Origin: a virus
Taxonomy: Duplodnaviria > Caudoviricetes
Virus record (IMG/VR): IMGVR_UViG_3300048999_000041
Location: 1 to 59,012 of that record
Direction: 5' to 3' (one strand)
Length of the DNA: 59,012 bases
Shown: positions 54,963 through 59,012 of the stretch, piece by piece
Layout of the letters: each line of letters starts with the position of its first letter
Position numbering within the stretch: position 1 is the stretch's first letter
Notes under the pieces: model-generated
What the model saw: only the letters and a program-made list of their open reading frames with translations
What the model was told of the DNA's origin: nothing
The model's database searches: none
Translations under genes and position numbers: made by a program

Positions 54963-55464
54963 TTCCTATCATTGGATTAATTACGACGAAGAAAAGTTAG
55001 CGTTTCGATATAAAACGCTTCGTGCTGCTTTAGAAGGCGTAGAACAACATCGATACGCCGCGATTTGTATCGAAGAAGGGATAGTCCAAGATGATGAAAC
55101 AACTACTATCGGTATGTACATCAATCAGTGTATACAGTATAAGATGTCTCCCGAAATTGTGTTGTTTTATTCACCAAACGCCTTCGGGACGGTCGACGCG
55201 ATCGCCTATCGGTATCGACGCCTTAGAATCAGCGACCTCAAGACCGGAGTTTCGCGAACCTCTGAACATCAGTTAGAAGTATATGCTGCGTTGTTCTGTC
55301 TTGAGTATGAGCTCGATCCGTTTTCTATGGATATTGAACTCCGTATTTATCAGGATGGCGGTGTACGACAATACATCGGCGATCCGTATTTTATTAAGGG
55401 GATCATGGACAAAATTATGAAGTTTGATCAAATTCTTAATACACTTCGAGAGGAGGTGTCGTAA
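54907..55464 (+). CDS. PD-(D/E)xK exonuclease (Cas4/RecB-like, DUF2800-like)
   Basis: HAFLSPSSYHW, FGTVDAI, ISDLKTG, QLEVYAALF; probable CTG start at 54907 after AAGGAGG. Confidence 0.75.
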   Translation: MRFRKHSHLEGQHAFLSPSSYHWINYDEEKLAFRYKTLRAALEGVEQHRYAAICIEEGIVQDDETTTIGMYINQCIQYKMSPEIVLFYSPNAFGTVDAIAYRYRRLRISDLKTGVSRTSEHQLEVYAALFCLEYELDPFSMDIELRIYQDGGVRQYIGDPYFIKGIMDKIMKFDQILNTLREEVS

Positions 55465-58352
55465 TGCAAATTGAGGAAGAAGCTTATCTCGCTCATTACG
55501 GCATCCTTCGTAAGTCTGGCCGTTATCCTTGGGGGTCTGGAGCAAACCCTAGTCAGCGTAGTAAGTCGTTTCTTGATATTGTTGACGGACACAGAAAATC
55601 TGGTCTGTCGGATGCAGCAATTGCAGATTTGTATCAGCCGAGAGATGCGAATGGTAAAAAGATTCCTCCTTTCTTTACCACTAGTGATCTTCGAGCTCTT
55701 AAGTCTCGTTCGGTTAATATGCAGAAGCAGGAACAGATTCGTCGAGCCCAGACTCTGAAGGATAAGGGATATGGCGAGTCTGAGATCGCCAGGCAGATGT
55801 CATCACCCGAGAAGCAAATTAATGAATCCACGGTTCGTTCGCTTCTTGCTCCTGGTCGTAAGGAACGTCTTGATATTCTGAACGAAACCGCAGACATGCT
55901 TAAGCGTCAGGTAGAGGAAAAAAATATGATTGACGTTGGTTCTCATGTGGAGTTAGGTCTTCCGTTGGGAATGAACGAAGTACCAGTTGCAATTTCTAAA
56001 GATAAGTTCAATACTGCTTTGTCTATGCTTAAGGAAGAAGGATATTCGGTTGTAACGTTTAAGGCAAAACCGCAGGTGGGAACAGGAGAGCAGACCACCC
56101 GTAGAGTTTTACTTAAGCCCGGTCTAACACAAAAAGACGCGTTTCTCAATCAAGAGAAAATTCAGTTGATTTCAGAGAAGACTACCGACGGCGGTCGTTC
56201 ATACCAAGATGCACTATTTAAGAAGCCGTTGTCTATTGACCCTAAGCGCGTTGCGGTTAGATACGCTGAGGAAGGTGGGCGTGACGCAGACGGTGTAATT
56301 TATGTCCGTCCTGGTGTTCATGATGTTTCTTTAGGTAAATCGCAATATGCTCAGGTTCGTATTGCTGTTGGTGATACGCATTTTCTTAAGGGCATGGCTG
56401 TCTACAAAGACGATCTTCCTCATGGTGTGGATCTTATGTTCAACACCAATAAGTCTAATACGGGTAATAAGCTTGACGCTTTGAAGCCGCTTAAGACGGA
56501 TCAACACGGAAACGTTGATTGGAAGAATCCTTTCGGCGCATTTCCTAAATTAATTGGTGGTCAGCTCCTAGACGAACACGGAAACGTTAAATCGTCTATG
56601 AACATCTTAAACGGACAAGGCGACTGGGACAAGTGGGCTAATACACTTTCTAGTCAGATGCTTTCAAAACAGCAGCCTAAATTAGCGGAATCTCAACTCA
56701 ATTATACCTACGATCGTCGTAGGCAAGAATTTGAGAAAATTAAGGAACTTACTAATCCGTTAATTAAGAAAACACTACTTGAGACATTTGCGGACGAAAC
56801 CGATTCTTCGGCCGTGCATTTAAAAGCGGCAAATATGCCACGTCAGGCAACAAAGGTGATTCTTCCAGTTTCGACCTTGAAGCCCGACGAGGTCTTTGCG
56901 CCAACGTTTAAAGATGGCGAGAAAGTCGCTCTTATTCGATTTCCACATGCTGGAACTTTCGAGATTCCTGAACTTACGGTTAACAATCGTAATAGAGAAG
57001 GAAGAAGGCTTTTCAGTAATGATGGAAAGAAGATTGAAGCTCCTGATGCTATAGGTATTCACCCTAAAGTAGCGGAGCATCTTTCTGGTGCTGATTTTGA
57101 TGGCGATCATGTTGTGGTTATTCCTAACAATCGTGGGCTTATCAAAAATAGCCCACCTTTGGAAGGACTTAAGGGCTTTGATCCGCAAGCTAAATATCCG
57201 CCATATGATGGTATGAAGACCATTACTAGTGGTATATACAATGCTAAAACGGGAGAGGTTGATCACGGAACCTTTCCGGATGGGCGTAAACGTCCGCCCA
57301 AATCTAATAATAAGGGTACTGAAATGGGTAAGATCACTAATCTCATTTCGGACATGACTGTTAAAGGGGCCACAGACAGCGATCTTGCTGCAGCTGTTCG
57401 CCATTCTATGGTGGTCATCGATGCAGAGAAACACCATCTCGATTACAAGGCATCAGAACGCGAAAATGGAATTCTTGCTCTTAAGAAGCGTTATCAGGGT
57501 GTAAATGAGCAAACCGGTCAAGTTCGTGGTGCTTCGACATTGACAACGAGGGCTACTTCAGAATTACGTGTACCTAAACGTAAAGATGCGTTAATTCGTC
57601 CAGGCCTTGCTCGCTTATCTAATGCAACAGTAGACATTAAGACAGGCGCCAAAGTCTATGATTTAACTAATGAGAAGGATAAGCAAGGCAACATCAAGAA
57701 GTTTAGGTCTAGGAAATTGGCCGAAACTAATGATGCGTTCACGCTTGTCTCTGATCATGGTGGCCGTCCTATTGAGCGAATCTATGCTGAGCATTCGAAC
57801 AAGCTCAAGCTATTGGCTAATGAAGTACGTAAGGAAGCCATCTCTGTTCCTAAGTTCAAGCGTTCTCCATCTGCGGCTAAGATCTATGAGCCAGAAGTAC
57901 AGCAGTTAAAGGCTAAGCTTCGGGTGGCGTTGAAGAACGCGCCATTAGAGAGACAAGCACAGTCTCTTGCTAATGAGATCATAGGTCAGCGACGTAGAGC
58001 TAATCCCGACATGGAGAAGTCTGAGCTTAAGAAGATAAGAGGCCAGGTGTTGGAAGAGGCTCGTACACGTACTGGCGCTAAGAAGCATCGTGTGGATATA
58101 ACCGATCGCGAATGGGAAGCCATTCAGGCTAGAGCTGTCTCGGCCGAAACATTAGGGAAGATTCTACGAAATACCGATGTAGACAAGCTTAGAGAGCGAG
58201 CTACCCCTAAGGCTAAGCCGGTTATGGATTCATCTCGTATGAGTCTAGCTCGGGCGCTGCTTAACTCTGGTGCTACTCAAGCAGAAGTGGCAGATCGTTT
58301 GGGCGTCTCTATCTCAACACTGAAGTCTAGTCTTGCGGATGGAGGTGGATAG
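55464..58352 (+). CDS. Single-chain two-barrel RNA polymerase (YonO/QDE-1-like) with HTH domains
   Basis: DADGVI, AQVRI...KGMA, IRFPH, LSGADFDGD (57093-57107), MGKITNL, HSMVVIDAEK in the order seen in YonO/cellular RdRP; N- and C-terminal HTHs; N-terminal LAHYG tag. Confidence 0.8.
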   Translation: MQIEEEAYLAHYGILRKSGRYPWGSGANPSQRSKSFLDIVDGHRKSGLSDAAIADLYQPRDANGKKIPPFFTTSDLRALKSRSVNMQKQEQIRRAQTLKDKGYGESEIARQMSSPEKQINESTVRSLLAPGRKERLDILNETADMLKRQVEEKNMIDVGSHVELGLPLGMNEVPVAISKDKFNTALSMLKEEGYSVVTFKAKPQVGTGEQTTRRVLLKPGLTQKDAFLNQEKIQLISEKTTDGGRSYQDALFKKPLSIDPKRVAVRYAEEGGRDADGVIYVRPGVHDVSLGKSQYAQVRIAVGDTHFLKGMAVYKDDLPHGVDLMFNTNKSNTGNKLDALKPLKTDQHGNVDWKNPFGAFPKLIGGQLLDEHGNVKSSMNILNGQGDWDKWANTLSSQMLSKQQPKLAESQLNYTYDRRRQEFEKIKELTNPLIKKTLLETFADETDSSAVHLKAANMPRQATKVILPVSTLKPDEVFAPTFKDGEKVALIRFPHAGTFEIPELTVNNRNREGRRLFSNDGKKIEAPDAIGIHPKVAEHLSGADFDGDHVVVIPNNRGLIKNSPPLEGLKGFDPQAKYPPYDGMKTITSGIYNAKTGEVDHGTFPDGRKRPPKSNNKGTEMGKITNLISDMTVKGATDSDLAAAVRHSMVVIDAEKHHLDYKASERENGILALKKRYQGVNEQTGQVRGASTLTTRATSELRVPKRKDALIRPGLARLSNATVDIKTGAKVYDLTNEKDKQGNIKKFRSRKLAETNDAFTLVSDHGGRPIERIYAEHSNKLKLLANEVRKEAISVPKFKRSPSAAKIYEPEVQQLKAKLRVALKNAPLERQAQSLANEIIGQRRRANPDMEKSELKKIRGQVLEEARTRTGAKKHRVDITDREWEAIQARAVSAETLGKILRNTDVDKLRERATPKAKPVMDSSRMSLARALLNSGATQAEVADRLGVSISTLKSSLADGGG

Positions 58353-58661
58353 ATGCCAGAGACTGAGCAAAGCAACGCACCTTCAGAGTACATGCTGACC
58401 ACGATTGATAACCCATACGACCCCTTTGAACAGTGGGACGAATGGTATATGTGGGATCTTACTGCTGGATACCATACGCCGGGACTGTTGGCAAGGATCT
58501 CTAAGTCTTCACCTGATCTGTCTGACGTTGATGAATACAACGCTGTGCAAGACGCTATCGAAGAGATAGTTAGAGAGAATGTATCAGGTGTTCATAGGAA
58601 GATACAGCGTGGAGATTTAGCAAAACTCATCGCCACTCATAACGAAGAGGCGAAGGCATAG
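58353..58661 (+). CDS. Conserved hypothetical phage protein
   Basis: YMLTTIDNPYDPFEQWDEWY..D...GY.T..LLARI motif; last gene in this phage group. Confidence 0.8.
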   Translation: MPETEQSNAPSEYMLTTIDNPYDPFEQWDEWYMWDLTAGYHTPGLLARISKSSPDLSDVDEYNAVQDAIEEIVRENVSGVHRKIQRGDLAKLIATHNEEAKA

Positions 58662-58757
58662 ATGTACATGTATAGATGCTAGTAGTGAGAGAGAAGATAG
58701 TACTAGGCGCCTCCCTCTGCCTACCCTATGCCGGGTAGAGGTGAGGTAGTCTAAATA

Positions 58758-58800
58758 ATTCTAAAGTGAATCGCGTTTGATTCGTTTAGAATAAATTTTT
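58758..58800 (+). terminator. Putative terminator at genome right end
   Basis: ATTCTAAA.TGAATC/GATTCGTTTAGAAT hairpin followed by T-rich tract. Confidence 0.55.
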
Positions 58801-58874
58801 ATTTCATTCCATTTACTTTTTGTTTTAAAAGGACCAGGGGGGAGGGGTCAAAAAAATATACCCCCACCCTGAAT

Positions 58875-58883
58875 CGCTCGGCT
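58875..58883. other. Putative cos site (9-nt 3' overhang CGCTCGGCT)
   Basis: Lies in the intergenic gap between the last gene and the terS/HNH module, after a G-run/C-run inverted repeat (58836-58870) and before AAAAAATGCCCCGGGGG; resembles the 9-nt CGCCGnCCT-type overhangs recalled for related phages. Confidence 0.55.
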
Positions 58884-58885
58884 GC

Positions 58886-59012
58886 CAAAAAATGCCCCGG
58901 GGGATGATTTTCTGGAGACAATCCGAAACCATACTCGTTGGAAGGGGTCGTAAACCCCCTTAGATCATTTCTAAAGCGTTCAGCAAGCCGTATAAACTTT
59001 TCTTTTGGGGGA
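58886..59012. repeat. Terminal direct repeat (circular assembly overlap), copy 2
   Basis: Identical to 1-127. Confidence 0.95.

Noticed and set aside
54907-55464. CRISPR-associated Cas4
   Set aside because: Stand-alone phage PD-(D/E)xK nuclease without the Fe-S cysteine set, other cas genes or an array.
1-59012. Lysogeny module, DGR/reverse transcriptase, transposase or alternative genetic code
   Set aside because: No integrase, repressor, RT (YxDD) or transposase motifs seen; long genes are intact in the standard code and all three stop codons are used.

Overview
The window is an apparently complete, circular-assembled genome (about 58,885 bp; bases 1-127 repeat at 58886-59012) of a lytic siphovirus with all credible genes on the + strand. 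Gene order and conserved proteins match the Lactococcus 1706 / Rhodococcus ReqiPepy6 / actinophage AM-AU-BI-CC-DJ-like group. The left arm has a probable cos end, small terminase, HNH, endolysin, TerL, portal, protease-capsid fusion, tail module and holin. The right arm has many small early genes, a helicase-primase-PolB fusion, SSB, helicase and nucleases. An mIHF homolog and an Rpf-like transglycosylase point to an actinobacterial host. Highlights: (1) a 962-aa protein with HTHs and the motif set of a single-chain two-barrel (YonO/QDE-1-like) RNA polymerase (ADFDGD); (2) twelve CGCG-N14-TATAAT-type promoters heading self-contained promoter-gene-terminator cassettes, four of which drive ORF-less structured small RNAs whose 5' stems start immediately after the TATAAT; (3) a ~900-nt ORF-free structured RNA cluster containing a large kissing-loop RNA resembling ROOL, plus a second, shorter covarying paralog 11.7 kb away; (4) recurrent hydrophobic-x-His sites and HYG/HHG tags shared by the capsid precursor, a 2H-phosphoesterase polyprotein and the RNA polymerase, suggesting capsid loading and proteolytic release; (5) candidate anti-defence proteins (two Acb2/Tad1-like, one Acb1-like); (6) three tRNAs for A-ending codons. 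All family assignments are from motif reading and recall, not database searches.
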